Source of the DNA: Camelus dromedarius | Lineage: Eukaryota | Assembly: GCF_036321535.1 (NCBI RefSeq) | Contig: NC_087437.1 | Span: forward strand, 30,506,001-30,570,000 | DNA: 64,000 nt | Reading direction: 5' to 3' | In this document: positions 24,078 to 38,105 of the stretch, piece after piece | Position numbering within the stretch: the first letter of the stretch is position 1 | How the letters are laid out: every line of letters starts with the position of its first letter | Notes under the pieces: model-generated | Told to the model about the DNA's origin: nothing | The model's database searches: none | The model's input: the letters and a program-made list of their open reading frames with translations, nothing else | Translations under genes and position numbers: made by a program

Positions 24078-27000
24078 GTGGCCAAGATGGAGGAGCAGAA
24101 AGACCTTGAGCTCACTTCCTTCTGTGAACACACCAAAATTACAACTATTTACAGAGCAGCTATTTATGAGAAAGACCTGAAAAGTAGCAGAAAAGATTTT
24201 CCACAACTAAAGATATACGAAGGAACCACAATGAGACGGGTAGGAGAGGCAGAGATCTGGTTCAGTCAAGTGGAGAAGTTGCAACTGATACCACAGAAAT
24301 ACAAAGGGTTATAAGAGATTTCTATAATTATACAGTAATAAAATGGACACCCTAGAAGAAATGGATAAATTCCTAGAAATGTGCAATCTCTCAAGACTTA
24401 GGAAGAAATAGAAAATATGAACAAGTTACCAGTAATGAAATTGAGTCTGTAATCAAAAAACTTCTAGCAAACAAAAATCCAGGACCAGATGGCTTCACAG
24501 GTAAATTCTACCAAAAATTTAAAGAAGAGTTAATACCTATCCTTTTCAAACTATTCTAAAAAATTGAAGAGGAAGATTTGCTTCCAAACTCACTCTATGA
24601 AGCCAGCATCACCCTGGTACCAAAACCAGACAAAAAGGCCAAAAAAGGAAGAAAATTACAGGTCAGTATCACTGATGAATATAGATGCAAAAATCCTCAA
24701 CATAATACTAGCAAACCAAATTCAATATTGTATTAAAAGAATCATTCACCATGATCAAGTGAGATTTAGTGGAGGATGAAAAGATAGTTCAATATCCACA
24801 AATCAATTGATATGATATACCACGTTAACAAACTGAAAAATAAAAATCATATGATCTTCTTATAGATGCAGAAAAAGCTTTTGACCAAGTACAACATCCA
24901 TTTATGATAAAAACTCTCAACAAATTGGGTATAGAGGAAACATATCTTAAAAATAATAAGGGTCATATATGGCAAGACCACAGCCAATATTATACTCAAT
25001 GGTGAAAAACTGAAATCATTTCCTCTAAAATCAGGAATAAGGCAAGAATGCCCACTCCTGCCACTTTTACTCAACATAGTATTGGAAGTCCTAGGCATGG
25101 AAAAAAAAGAAATAAAAGGAATCCAAAATGGAAAGAAAGAAGTAAAACTGTCACAGTTTGCAGATGATATGATACTATACATAGAAAATCCTAAAGACAC
25201 CACCAAAAAAACTATTAGAACTAATAAATGAATTCTGTAAAGTTGCAGGATATAAAATTAATATACATAAATCTGTTGCATTTCTACACACTAACAACAA
25301 ACTATCAGAAAGAGAAATTAAGGGAAAAAATTTTATTTACAATTGCATCAAAAAGAAAAAAGTACCTAGGAATAAATCTAAGGAAGTAAAAGACCTGTAC
25401 TCAGAAAACTATGACACTGATGAAAAAATTGAAGAAAACACAAACAGATGAAAAGACATACCATGTTCTTGGATTGAAAAAATCAATATTGTTAAAATGA
25501 CCATACTACCCAAGGCAGTCTACAGATTCAATGCAATCCCTATCAAATTACCAATGGCATTTTTCACAGAACTAGAACAAAAAAAATTTAATTTGTTTGG
25601 AAACACAAAAGACCATGAATAGCCAGAACAACCTTGAGAAAGAAGAACAGAGTTGCAGGTATCACAAGCCCTGATTTCAAACTATACTACAAAGCTACAG
25701 TAATCAAAACAGCATGGTACTGGCACAAAACCATACATAGATCAATGGAACAGAATAGTGAGCCCAGAAATAAACCCACTTACATATACACAATTAATCT
25801 ATGACAAAGGAGGTAAGAATATACAATGGGAAAAAGACAGCCTTTTCACATCACAATAAGTGATGATGGGGACACTGAACAGCTACATGCAAAAGAATCA
25901 AACTGAATTACCTTTTCACACCACATACAAGAATAAACTCAAAATAGAATAAAAGTTAAATGTAAGATCTGAAACCATAAGACTTTTAGAGAAGTAACAT
26001 AGGCAGTATGATCTTTGACATGAGTCTTAGCAATTTGGGGAGGGGGGGAAGTGATTTATCTCCTCAGGCAAAGAAAACCAAAGAAAGATAAACAAATGGT
26101 ACTATTTCAGACTTAAAATCTTTTGCATAGTGAAGGAAACTATTAGCAAAATGAAAAGGCAGCCTACTGAATGGGAGAAGATATTTGCAAATGACATATC
26201 TGATAAGGGGTTAATATCCAAAATATACAAAGAACTTATACAATTCAACATTAAAAAAAACAAACAAACTTATCAAAAAATGGGCAGAGGACCTGAATAG
26301 ACATTTTTCCAAAGAAGACATACAGATGGCCAAAAGGCATGTGAAAACATGCTCAACCTCACGAAACATCAGGGAAAAAGTCAAATCCACAGCAGTGTAT
26401 CACCTCACACCTGTAAGAATGGCTATTATCAAAAAGACAACAAATAACAACTGTTGGCAAGGACGTGGAAAAAAGAACCCTCATGGACTGCTAGGATTAT
26501 AAATTGGTGTGGCCACTATGGAAAACAGTATGGAGATTCTTCAAAAAATTAAAACTAGAACTACCATACAATCCAGCAGTTCCACTTCTGGGTATTTTTT
26601 CAACAAAACACAAGAACACTAATTTGAAAATATATATTCACCCCAATGTTCATTTTAACATTATATACAAAAGCTAATATATGGCAGCAACCTAAGTGTC
26701 TATCAATAAATGAATATATATGGATATACATATTTAATAGAGTAGATGGACCTAGAGGGTAACATACTGAGTAAAATAAATCAGACAGAGAGGGACAAAT
26801 ACCATATGATTTCACTTATACATGGAATCTAAAAAACAAAACAACTGTGCAAACATAACAAAATGGAAACAGACTTATAGATACAGAGAACAAACTGGCT
26901 GTTGCCAGAGGAAAGAGGGTGGGGGAGGAGTGAAATAGGTGAAGGGAGATTTAGAGGTATAAACTTCCAGTTATAAAATAAATAAGTCACGGGATGTAAT

Positions 27001-27176
27001 ATAGAGACTAGGAAATACGGTCAATAATATTGTTAAAACTTTGTGACAGGTGGTAGCTAGACTTACCATGGTGATCATTTTGTAATGTATAAAAATAACA
27101 AATCACTATGTCACACACCTGAAACTAATATAACATTGTAAGTCAATTATATTTTAATTTAAAAAAGGGGGGGAAG
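24078..27176 (+). mobile_element. L1 with 5'UTR start fused directly to post-endonuclease ORF2 (ORF1/EN missing), degenerate RT and full 3'UTR
   Basis: 5' 'aagatggaggagcagaaagaccttgagctcac'; junction ~24270; ORF2 'ccaggaccagatggcttcacagg' (PGPDGFT), [21 protein letters not shown] at 25157-25171; 14-bp TSD attataacaggtaa (24064-24077) / attataacagataa (27177-27190). Confidence 0.92.
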
Positions 27177-27759
27177 ATTATAACAGATAAACGCAGGGAA
27201 TAAATGATGTGCTGTGATGGACATTAGAGGGTAAAGTGAGGGTGAAATGCTTGCATATGGCCTGAATCCTCAGGAAGGGACAAGGTCCTGAGTCCCCTGG
27301 AGAAAAAGGCAAACGACTAATGAAAATCCTTTTTACCACGAAGAGGAGGAGAATTGAGGATAGGTAAGGATCTCTGTTTAACATCTCAGATTTTTCACCA
27401 AAAATGAAAACAGATCGGCTGTTTCTACAGGCAAGAGAAGCTTCTGCAATGGTTTAGTCATGTAGCCTCAGTTTAATTATCTATTCCATTTCTCTGCGAC
27501 TCCCTCAAAAATTAAATTTCTCCCTTTTCTCATAGTCAATTTTGCTTCAGAGTGATATCACATTGATAACTGGAACTAATACATAAGCCCAAAATTTCAT
27601 TTTAGTGAAAAATATCCAATTTCCTCAGCAAATCTTTAGTAGCCAGCACATCCTGATGGACTGAAAGGAAATCAGAGATTAAAAGAGACATAAAAAGGCT
27701 CAAATTATACTCCCCTTGGGCTTTCAGCCCCCACATGAGAGTCTTCTGGCCGGGTGGTT

Positions 27760-28140
27760 TATTAATCAGGTTAAGCTGGGCTCTTCTAACAAAGTATTAC
27801 AAACCTCCAAATCTCAGCAGCTTAACATGACAGCAATTCATTTCTTTGGTCATTTAAAGTCCAATGCAGACGAGCAATTCCCCGAGGTAACATCCTCCAC
27901 ATGGTGGCTTGGAGATACAGGCTCCCTCCATGATGATTTCTAGGATGTGCACAGCAAAGCGAGAGAAAGTACAGAGAGCTCACACCTCCTCTTAATTGCA
28001 TCTGATTAAGGGAAACACGTATCTCTTCTATTCACTATCTGTTAGCCAAAACCAGATACATGGTTTTGACCTCCCTGCAAGGAACGTCAGAAAAGTAGGG
28101 GAGCATTTTTCTACTGGAATATTGAGGGAGCATTACTGCC
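27760..28140 (-). mobile_element. Old MaLR LTR (MLT1K/L-like)
   Basis: 'tcaggttaagctgggct...aaacctccaaatctcagcagcttaac' pattern. Confidence 0.55.
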
Positions 28141-28925
28141 TCTCTTGGTGTACGCAGTCCTCACCAAAATCAAACTTTGGCCAGGGATGTTCAGATGTCC
28201 TAGAAATTCAAACTCAGGCTTGTGCAGGTACCCCAGCCTCAGCATTCCACAGTTTAAGAATTTCTACTTGTCTGTGTTCAAAACACATATAAGTTTTCCT
28301 CATAAGGAGAGAACCCCCTGGCACTTGAATAAAGTGTTACAGAATGCAAACCAAGCCCCGGTTTTTGCAGAAGATAGAACTTTTAAAGATGGCAACAAGA
28401 TCAACACTGTTCTCATCAGACCTGGTCCAAGATTTGGAGAATATTATGCACATATCCCCAGTAATTCAACTGCTCAAGTTTAAACTCTGAAATCCCAGTC
28501 TTTGAGTATGATTTCCTGTCCTTATAGTACACTCATTCCATCAATCCATGCACCCACTTTGCACATTTTTACAGCATTCAGCCCCTTAATGTCTCCCTTG
28601 GGAGGTAGTGAGCTTCTTGTCTCTGCAGATGTTCAAAAAGAGGAAGGATAATCAGCTGTCAAGGATATAACACAGGGCTATCCTGGCCTTCTGAGAACGT
28701 CGTGTTGCCCTAGAAGGTGGAGGGACACAGATTCAGGGACCTATTGCCACTGTGATTTAAATGCTCAATTCTAGTATCTGCAGGGGCCTGATCTTCCAAT
28801 AAATTTTCCATATCTAAATGACCAAGTTTCTAAATTAGGCCCTAAATTATGACAAAATAATTAAAGTGATAAATACTGCAATACTGTAGCAGGATTAAGA
28901 AATCAACTTAAGTAAGCTGAGTAAT

Positions 28926-29120
28926 AGGGGTAGGGGATTAAGCGGTACAAACTATTATGTAGAAAATAAATAAGCTACGAGGATATATCGTACAATGCAG
29001 GGAATAGAGCCAGTATTTTATAATAACTGTAACTGGGGTAGAACCTTTAAAAATTGTGAATCTCTATATTGTAACCTGTAACTCATATAATACTGTACAT
29101 CAACTATACTCAAATAAATA
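28926..29120 (+). mobile_element. 5'-truncated L1 3'UTR end
   Basis: 'gattaagcggtacaaactattatg...ctttaaaaattgtgaatc...gtacatcaactatactcaaataaa'; perfect 12-bp TSD aagctgagtaat (28914-28925, 29121-29132). Confidence 0.88.
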
Positions 29121-31882
29121 AAGCTGAGTAATGTTACAGCAAGTACCTTACAAATGCAAGACATATAATTAATGACAGATAAGAGACTAAATAATGTAGT
29201 GCCTAATTTATGGAAGGAAAATGGTGCTGCTCAGGAAACATACAGTGTGGCGGGTAAGACTTATTAAGATCATAACAGCAGCTTCAAATCCAGTACGTGG
29301 GGTAAATTAAAACTTGCCTCAGTTTCTAGACTCCAGTTTAGATCGGACTCAATTAGAAGAAACTTATTTGTTGTGATAAGAAAAGACAACAGAAGAGAAA
29401 GAATCCTCAAGTTGCCAACTAAGCGAAAGCCACAACAACCAAATATATACAAACTTGTGACCAATCTGAAATCCGCAGATGGTAATCTCCAGGCTGCTGG
29501 CGTGAAAACATCTTGCATGGAAATTCTAAGCCTTGATTGGACTTGGGATTATTGTCTTAATATTCTTACATTGTTGTCAAGGCAGACAACCATTAACTAT
29601 CCATCTATTTTTAGCCTTAAGAGATCAAATAAGAGGTTATTTTGTGCATCAAAGAATGTCTGAGACATTGGTTACCAATTGATCAAATCGAAGGGTAGAA
29701 TGTTAGAAGAGACCCTCAAAAATCCTAGGACAATCTAACTTGACTATGGAATTATTTTTCTTTTTGAGAAAGAAAGGGAGGTTAGTAGACCACAACCATT
29801 GTTTGTAAGCTATTTACAAGAAGATCTGTGTGTCTCCTTCCAGAAGATAAATCCACTGAAGGAGGAGAAAATGTTAACACCTGGCACATACCTCGCTCAA
29901 AGCACTTTGTTAGAAGAAAGTACTGACTTTCCTGCTGTGGTTCTCCCAGAGGAGAGAGAATCTCATTCTTGTTGTCCTGAATGAATGAAGAGAATTATGA
30001 TTGACAGACACAGTGGACCCAAACTTTCTGCTCTAAATAAAGGCTAAAAAAGAATCAGACCACCTTCCCATTCCTGCTGTTCTCTCCTGAAACAACCACT
30101 GTGTTTCTGCCAAAGACGTGAGAACTGTGAGCAAAACCTTTCTACTATATCCCGTCACAAAGCAAGCTCTGCCGCCTTGTGTTTCAGGGCTTTAAATCTC
30201 ACTTTTGACAGAAAGCTGGAAGCAAGGTAGACAAAATAAGACTATTTCTTAGCACTGTATTTGATAGTGAAAAAACCCTTTGACTTAGAGTCCTAAACTG
30301 TCCAGCTCATTGCAAGGAAAGCAGTACCAGTAACTTCGAACCCTGGCTTCAAGAGACGTTTTCTAATTTGGGGAACGTCTTAGGATGCTTTATTCAATGG
30401 TCGACTGGACAAATACCTACCTGCTAAGCTTCCTTGCAAATCCAGAGCATCACACAAGTGCATATTATTAGCTAGCTCCATACATAGCACTGAAATATCT
30501 CGTGTAAATGTTCAAAGAATAGGAACGCAAATGCAGGGAGAATAGCTTTAGCATTTCCACAAAAGGGAAGTTGATCTTTATCATCTTACATGCATTCAGA
30601 TGCTGGACTGATTTAGCCCACTTGTTAACTTCTCAGCAAGAATCCTAACTTGGTATTTAAGAGCTGCCACTGTGGGTGGTGGTTTTAATCTCCCTTAAAG
30701 TATATATATTATATATATGTAAATCTGTATTAGGTAATTCAAATCTGAAGACAATTTGGAAAATACTTCAGCTGTTTGTATACTGTGGAATATTAAGCAG
30801 GTACAAACCTGTATAAATGAAGCAAGTGGGGAAAACGTATCAAGCTCACTAGCTTTATTCAGCCATCCCTGTTACAGCCAAAAATTCTCTAGGAAAAGAA
30901 TGTAAGACAAAACCTTCATTTGAAACTCATGTCACAGGGAAAAATCATCCTAAACCCTAAGTAAGTTGAGTTTTTAAAGAAAAATAATGAAGCCACCAGC
31001 TTAAAAGCAAAATACATTTTTAAAGATAGAAACGCGTGGGGACCACTCAGCATTTAAAATGACTAAACTCCTTCATTTAGTGCCAGCCAGGTATGGTGTT
31101 TACACAAACCATTAGAAGTTGCTGGAACATACGAAATCCTCAGGAATCCAGTAACACATGCTGTGTGATGAATCACACAATGCTTCTGAATATAAAATAG
31201 CAGAGACAACACAAGTTTGAGATGTGAAATCTCAACAAATGAGATGTGACGTCTTTGATAGAAGAGCATGTATTAAGAATGGCACTTTGAAGTCTATATT
31301 AAAAAGAAAATGAGCAAGTCCATGTTCTTTCGGAATGCATAGGCCCATTAAGAGAACCTAACAAGCTGACTGGGACAAATGGTACATCAGCAGTGTCTGT
31401 CCCAAAGCCGGGCTGAGGAGAGTTTAGGGCTTCTGTCTCATACTAGCTTGCTCTCCAAAAATATAACAAGCCAGATGCCTGTGGGTTCGGGTGTGTCTAA
31501 TTGAGCCACACTGAGCACCAAATGACCTGGAAATGTTTAATCCAGCTTTTGTCAGAACAAATTACAGGATGTTCTTGTGCCCTTTAGGGACTAATTTATG
31601 ATTGGATCCCAAGTCCTGTGCAATGTGATGGGCCAAGTCTGATGCCCACTTCACCCCTGTGTGCAGAGTCTCTGGGTTTGGTGCTCTGATATGAAGACGG
31701 ACCACTCTGAAATGGTAGGGCTACTAAGAGGATGGCCAGATGAAATCCTGCCAGGGTCCTGGAGAGAGCTGTGCATTTTGTGCCTTTTGCTCCTCAAAGA
31801 GCTCTTTTCAGAAAGAGAGGCTTGGTATGCTCTCTACAAACTGCCCTGTGATGGGCAATAGCCAATAAGACTATATACCATG

Positions 31883-32261
31883 TGTTATGGGCTAAATGTT
31901 AGTGCCCCCCTACCACCATTCACATCTTGAACCCCCACCCCACAATGTGATAGTATTAGGAAATGGAGCCTATGGGGGTAACTAGAATTAGATGAGTTCA
32001 CGAGTGCAGCCCTCATGAATGGGATTAATGCCCTTATGCAATCACGAGAGAGCATGCCCCCTCCTCTCTCTGCTCTCTGCCCTGTAGGGGCATAACAAGA
32101 AGACAGCAGTCTGCAACCAGCCTGAAAGAGGGCCTCCTCAGAACCCAGCATGCTGGCTCCTGATCTTGGACATCCAGCCTCCAAGACTATGAGAAATCAA
32201 CTTCTTAGTTTATAAGCCTCCCAGTCTATGGTGTTTTGTTACAGCAGCGGGAACTAAGACA
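31883..32261 (+). mobile_element. MaLR solo LTR (MLT1A0-like), full length
   Basis: tgttatgggctaaatg...gccctcatgaatgggattaatgccctta...gaactaagaca; perfect 5-bp TSD ccatg. Confidence 0.88.
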
Positions 32262-32619
32262 CCATGCCATGACGGTGAGAACTAACCTAGCAATGCTAAT
32301 ATTTCCGGTATCAAATTATTCTCATTTTCTAAACAATTCACTAGGGTACAGGGCTTGCAGAAAGTCAAAAATCAGGTTTGAGCTTGGTGTATATTGAAGT
32401 CGGGTGGGAGGGTGCCGGCTCCAAGGGCTTCTAGACCCACCTGCTCTGCACTCCAACCCCTCACTCAGCCTCATGGATTCACTCCTGTTGCACACTCCTT
32501 ACTGTGTTGTTGTTCTTCTTTTTGGAATTTGGATGCGAAGTGTCGAGTACAACGTTCTTCAGCTTCAGGCTCTTCTATCATCAATCCATGCAAAGCTTGT
32601 CTCTTGTTTCATTTCTGTA

Positions 32620-33190
32620 TTTTTCCCCATCATAACTTACCCACATACTTCTCCTCTCCCCTACCCCATAGGCATTAATTCTAATGTGTTTAATATGTAT
32701 CCTTGGATCTATTTGGGTCTTGGAAAGACATGGGACTGTGATTTCAATTTACACATCTAGTATTGAATTGTGTATGCCATTCAGTTTCCTCCTTCCACCT
32801 ATATTGCTACATCTACATAGACAGAGTATTGTTACCTCTGACTGCTGTGGAGTATTCCATTATTTGCATCCACTGCTTTAGTCATATGTACAGTCATATG
32901 GCTCTGCAGAGATTGCTCCTTTACCTTCCCAGGAGGGATGCATAAGAATTCTTGTTGGCCCATACTTGGTTTTATCTACCTTTCTCACTTTTGCCAGTCT
33001 GATTGTAAACTGAGTCTTGTTACTGTTTCCATTTGTATTTCTCCAGCTGCTACTGAAATTGGACATCTCTTCATGTACTTGCCACCTGTTTATATTTCTC
33101 TTTTGGTGGGTTTCTTACTCATTTCTTTTGACCATTTTTTGTTTATTGATTTGTTCATTGTATATCTTAGATATTAATCCCTTGTTACTA
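32620..33190 (-). mobile_element. Old L1 (L1ME-like) ORF2/3' fragments
   Basis: 'ttttgccagtctgat...tttccatttgtatttctc...ggacatctcttcatgtactt...tatatcttagatattaatcc'. Confidence 0.6.
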
Positions 33191-33199
33191 TGCAGTATA

Positions 33200-33990
33200 T
33201 ATCTTCTTCATGATGGTAGCCCCAAGGAGTTCCAAGAAAGAGATCACAGAAGTACATAAGGCTTCTTGAAGCTTCGACTCAGAACTGGCAGACTCCCACT
33301 TTTTGCCGCATTCTAATGGCCAAAGCAAGTCACAAAGCCAAAGCAGATTCAAAGGATGGGGAAATAGACTCCACCTCTTGACTAAATGAACTACAGATCC
33401 ACATTGCCAAGGGCACAGACAAAGGGAGGGAGGGGTAATCAGGGTCATTTTTGCAATCAGTCTAACCACTCAATTGTTTCAGTTACCTATTGGTTGATAA
33501 CAAAGCACCCCCAAAATTTCATGGCTTACAACAATTCATTATTATCTCCTATGGTTCTGTATGATGGCCAGATTTATATGACAAGTTCTCAGCTTGGGTC
33601 TCTAATGCAGTTACAGTCAGGTGACGGCTGGGACTGACTGGTCTGAAGGCTGAACTGGGCTAGACATCCCAGGATGTTTCCTTTAGTCACATGTCTGGTG
33701 CCTCAGCTGAGATGCAATCACTGCTGGGGACTTGTTCCTTGTGGCTTCTCCACACTACTAGCTTGGACAGTCTCAGCACGCCTTCTCAAGTTATTCAAGC
33801 TTCCTACATGGCTGCTCACTTCCACCAGAGTAAGCATGCCAAGAGTTCAGAGCAGAAGCTGCAAGGCTCCTTCCGACCTAGCTCCAAAGTCACATGGTGT
33901 CTCTTCTGCCACATTCTGTTGGTGACACAGGGCCAGCCCAGATTCAGTACAGAAGGGGACAGCGTGAGGTTGTGAACACTGGGCATTTGT
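33200..33990 (-). mobile_element. Two adjacent old MaLR LTR pieces (MLT1H-J-like)
   Basis: 'ccgcattctaatggccaaagcaagtcac...gactccacctcttga' and 'taacaaagcacccccaaaatttcatggctta...ttctgccacattctgttgg'. Confidence 0.6.
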
Positions 33991-36340
33991 CAGCACCTCC
34001 ATGTGTATGTGTGTGTGCGTCAGATTAATGTGATCAGGAACATCTTCAGCTTCAGTTCCAAATGTGCAGTAGGTATTTTATCACGTAAACATAGGAAGGA
34101 AGGGATCTGACATCATTTTGACAGGGTCAAAAGCAAGTTTTTCTTGTTTTGACTCAAACTGTGTCAATATTTGAAGTCACACACTGGTGAATGTTTTAAT
34201 TGTTTTGTTCCAATGCTATGTATAAATATAATTCTTTTCAGTATGGAATCTTTTTACTTACTCAGTTCACTCAAATCACAACCCTCTTGTTGTTCAGGGT
34301 TTGTTTTTTGGATTTTTGTTTGTTTGTTTTGCATTTAATACATGGTTTATTAGGGTCATCATTTTTGCCTCTAACTTTAAAGTTTTTTGCAGATGAAAAT
34401 GCAAACCTCTTACTGATACAGAATTGTAACCAGGTAAACCAAGTGCAATATTACAGTCTTCTTCTCCATATTCTTATATCTATTTTATATATATGAATAT
34501 GTATTTACATCTTTAGACTCTAAGTGTCTTGTATGAATAGAGGTGCTTTCACCATCTGTTTCTTTTGGAGGTTTATTGACGTGAGTCAACAACAAACATC
34601 TCACCATTGTGTTCTATTCCATCAGGTGACCCTGGGAGGGAAGTGAGACCCTTAAAGTCTGTAACTGACCACTATGAAGCGTAGCCATTATGCTCTCAAG
34701 AACCCTTCCTGATAGCTGAGTATCAACATGGTTACCACTTGGGATAAGATTGGAAAGAGGCAAGTTCATTCTTGCAAAGAATACAGAATGGCGAATTCAG
34801 GTAAACGAGAGGTGGGGAGCAACCATCTGTTTACTGTGCAAAGTAAGCAAAAAGCAGACATCTGGGGACACAGGTGATGGGGTGGAAATACAGTTGAACT
34901 GAAATTCAGGAGGCTTGTGTGATAGCCCCAGCTTTGCCCGTCCTGGCAGCAGTGTGACCTTGTGGGAGGTCAATTACCCTCTGAGGACCTCTGCTTCCTC
35001 AGCGGCACATCAAGAGGATGGAACTAGATGACACCGAAGTATTTATAACCCCAAAGGACTTTTTCTTGACCCCAATCGACCTCTCCTGCTAATGCAGACA
35101 CACATCAAACACAGCTGTTTGTTCATAATAGGGATTCAATATGCTAAATGGAATGTCTATGGGCAACCTAATTAGGCAGGCAGTAGGGCTGTGGCTTTTT
35201 CTGATGTGACTCCAATGCCCTTGAAAAGCATCCTTTGGTTGGGCCGGCCCTGACCCTAGCTGTCAGAGTGTTAGCATTCCGTGCTGACTTACAGAGAACA
35301 GTAACTATACCCGTGTTAAAATTCATCACCCATGCGGAATAATATTTCTACTGAGTAGTTAATGTGCTTTATTCCGTGTGCGGAAAGTGTTGGGTTTCAG
35401 TTGGTTTGTTTGTAAGCTAAGATAGAGTCATTTCCCCCAAAATTAGTTCCTACAAATGTTGACAATGAAGCAAGACAGTGGCCGAGGGGCAAAGAGGAAA
35501 GGTCTTATCTCAATGCTGAATGGAAGGCATCCTGATTCTCATATCGGATGGCAAGATCGAGGGGTTATTTCTAACATTTCCCAGGGTCCTTTCATTAACT
35601 TGAACATTTTCATAAATAAGAATTACTCTTCCAAACAGGAAGGCATGGCATTTAAGTACCATAAATTCATGTGCCTTTTTCAGAAGTTATTCACTGAGGA
35701 TGAATACACCAAAGAGGAAAACTGCTATTAATTTCTAGGGCAAGATATTACTATGACCCAAGTCATGGGTTCAGAAATTGTGTACGATTGTAGAGAAATA
35801 AAACACTGAGTTACAATAACAGGCTCATCTCAGTTGTCTCATTTTTCATTGACCCAAATGGCTGGTGCCACAGAAACAGTGTGATTTGTATACTGTATCA
35901 GTAATTCAGTAGTCTGAAGTGGCATTAAGAATAAAAGCATTCATTTTGTTAAATTGTTTTACTGCAAAAAGCCACGAGCAAAAAATCAAAGTAAAAGGAG
36001 AGCATCCTATGAGGATTAGTTTGCTGGATTGAGACTATTGTTTATCATTATAAATAATCCGCTAAAATAAATCCCTATTCAAAACAGTAGCACACAGCCC
36101 TTTCTGTCCTCTCATTCTCCCTCCATTTGATTCTCAAACTGAAATTAAAGGCTAACTCGGTTCTATTTTAGAATGACCTAAAGAGGTAGAACATTTTGGG
36201 GTATATTATAAAATATATAATAATAAAACATTCCTTCTAGTTATTAATGGTTATTCTTAATTTAAGTAAGTTTTTTTCTGTCAAGTATATTTTAAAATCT
36301 GTAATGTCTACACTTCCTTGTCTTTTTCTTCAAACTTTTA

Positions 36341-36507
36341 AAAAAATTTTATTTATTTTAATTTTTTATTTTATTCTTAAAATTTTGTTGGTGGGGAGGT
36401 AATGGGGTTTACTTATTTATTTATTTTTAATGGAGGTACTGGGGATTGAACCCAGGACCTCGTGCAAGCTAGGTATGCACTCTACCACTGAGCTATATCC
36501 TCCCCTC
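36341..36507 (-). mobile_element. tRNA-derived camelid-type SINE (Vic-1-like)
   Basis: 'ggaggtactggggattgaacccaggacctcgtgcaagctaggtatgcactctaccactgagctatatcctccc' (A and B boxes on the minus strand), T-rich tail; TSD tcaaactttta/tcaaactctta. Confidence 0.88.
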
Positions 36508-36899
36508 TCAAACTCTTATTATCAAAACTCTTGCTTAATCAGTAGGCATTTATTGCAATCACTATGCACTATGCAGGATGATGTTTGTTTTCTTCACTCT
36601 GATGATATTAACATGTGATTTGATTAGAATAAAATAATTCTCTGAGAAATCTCAGCAATGTTGGCATAGTTCTCTGGCTCTTGGTCTAAAATGATGATTA
36701 AAATACTAAAAGCCAAGTTGCTTTTCTCTTTATTGTCTCCACTTAAAATATTTTTTCCATAGGTTTGTCAGAATAACATAAAGTATATTATATCAATTGT
36801 GTGGGTTTAACCCTATAGGAATCCTTTATCCACCTGTGACTTCAAAAGCATTTTCTAATATAACTATTCAGTTACCTGCTGTAGACAGGGCTGTAGACA

Positions 36900-37090
36900 G
36901 TTCACAGGGCTTGGTTTAGATCCTAATTCTGCAAACTTATAAACTATTCAACTTTACTTGGCTCTTCTGAGCCTCAGCGTCTTCACCTCTGAAAGCAGGA
37001 ATAACAGCATGCCTACCTCACAGGGCTGTTGTCAGCCTGAAAAGTCACCGTGGATGAAAATGCCAGGGACCACACCAGCCACAAAGCATG
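36900..37090 (+). mobile_element. MIR SINE
   Basis: 'ttctgagcctcagcgtcttcacctctgaaagcaggaataacagcatgcctacctcacagggctgttgt'. Confidence 0.7.
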
Positions 37091-37272
37091 ACTCAGGGTT
37101 GGTTTCCTTCTTTATTTCTTCATTTCTTCACGTCTAGTGGGCTTTTTTTTTTCTTTATGCGATTACTCCCATGACCCAGCTCACCCAAATTCCTCTCTAT
37201 CAAAAGCTGATTAAGTATCAACTCGTATTTAACCACATATCATGTGCTAACAATAGTGGATGCAGTGTAATA

Positions 37273-37583
37273 TTTCTCTCTTCTGGTCTATTTAGAATAG
37301 CACGTGAACTGATGCTAATTCATTAGTACAGGAAAATCTCAGTTACTGTATATATTCACATAATCAGAGAGAAGGCAATGAAGAGAGTCAGAAGAAGCAA
37401 TACGGTTTGTGGATTCCCGGGTGCCATATAATGACGGGTCGTGCATTAGTAGAATAACTTCTTCCTAACTTCCTTCAGTGCCTTCTCCCTGATGATTCGA
37501 ATGCTCAGGTTCATTGAGATTCCTCTGTACTGATGAATTAGCATCAGTTCATGCGTTATTCTAAATAGACAGGAAAAGAGAAT
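37273..37583. repeat. ~310-bp imperfect palindrome (MITE/Eulor-like foldback)
   Basis: Left arm 'gtctatttagaatagcacgtgaactgatgctaattcattagtacag' pairs with right arm 'ctgtactgatgaattagcatcagttcatgcgttattctaaatagac'; inner arms also pair; central loop ~50 nt. Confidence 0.9.
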
Positions 37584-37714
37584 CCTGCCTTTTCAGTTAT
37601 ACCCTAGTTGAAGCCAAAGGATAGGGCATGTTTCTTTAAGGAATCCTCAAGCAGCGAGAGTGGAAATGTCAGGATGGCTTTTCTATCTGGAGCCCTAGGG
37701 AAATCCCACGCCGT

Positions 37715-38105
37715 GGGTGTTAGTCAAGAGAAGCTAGGTAAGGCTGCAGTAACTAACAATGCCCCATCCCCTCGCATCCTGCCACGCACATGCATTTCTT
37801 GCTCAGGTCTACGAGGGGGTCTGCAGCCCACCACAGCAAGGGGCTCGGGCTGAGAGAGGCTTTCACTGCTCTTGGAGCCGTTCCGTTGGAGACATATGAC
37901 CTTCTAGGTCTCTGCAACAGGAACAGAGAGCACTAGAAGAGTCTTGCACTCGGCAGTTAAATGCTTTGGCCCAGAAGTAACGTGCCACTTTTCATTCACA
38001 GCCCATGGCCAGACCTAAGTACGTAACCTTGCCAACTGTAATCCTGTGTACCTGGAGGAAAAGTGAGGGGGATATGAGTGAGCACGCAGGGTCTTTATGA
38101 CACCA
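37715..38105 (-). mobile_element. Old MaLR LTR (MLT1K/L-like)
   Basis: 'tgttagtcaagagaagctaggtaaggctgcagtaactaacaatgcccc...ttaaatgctttggcccagaagtaac'. Confidence 0.55.
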
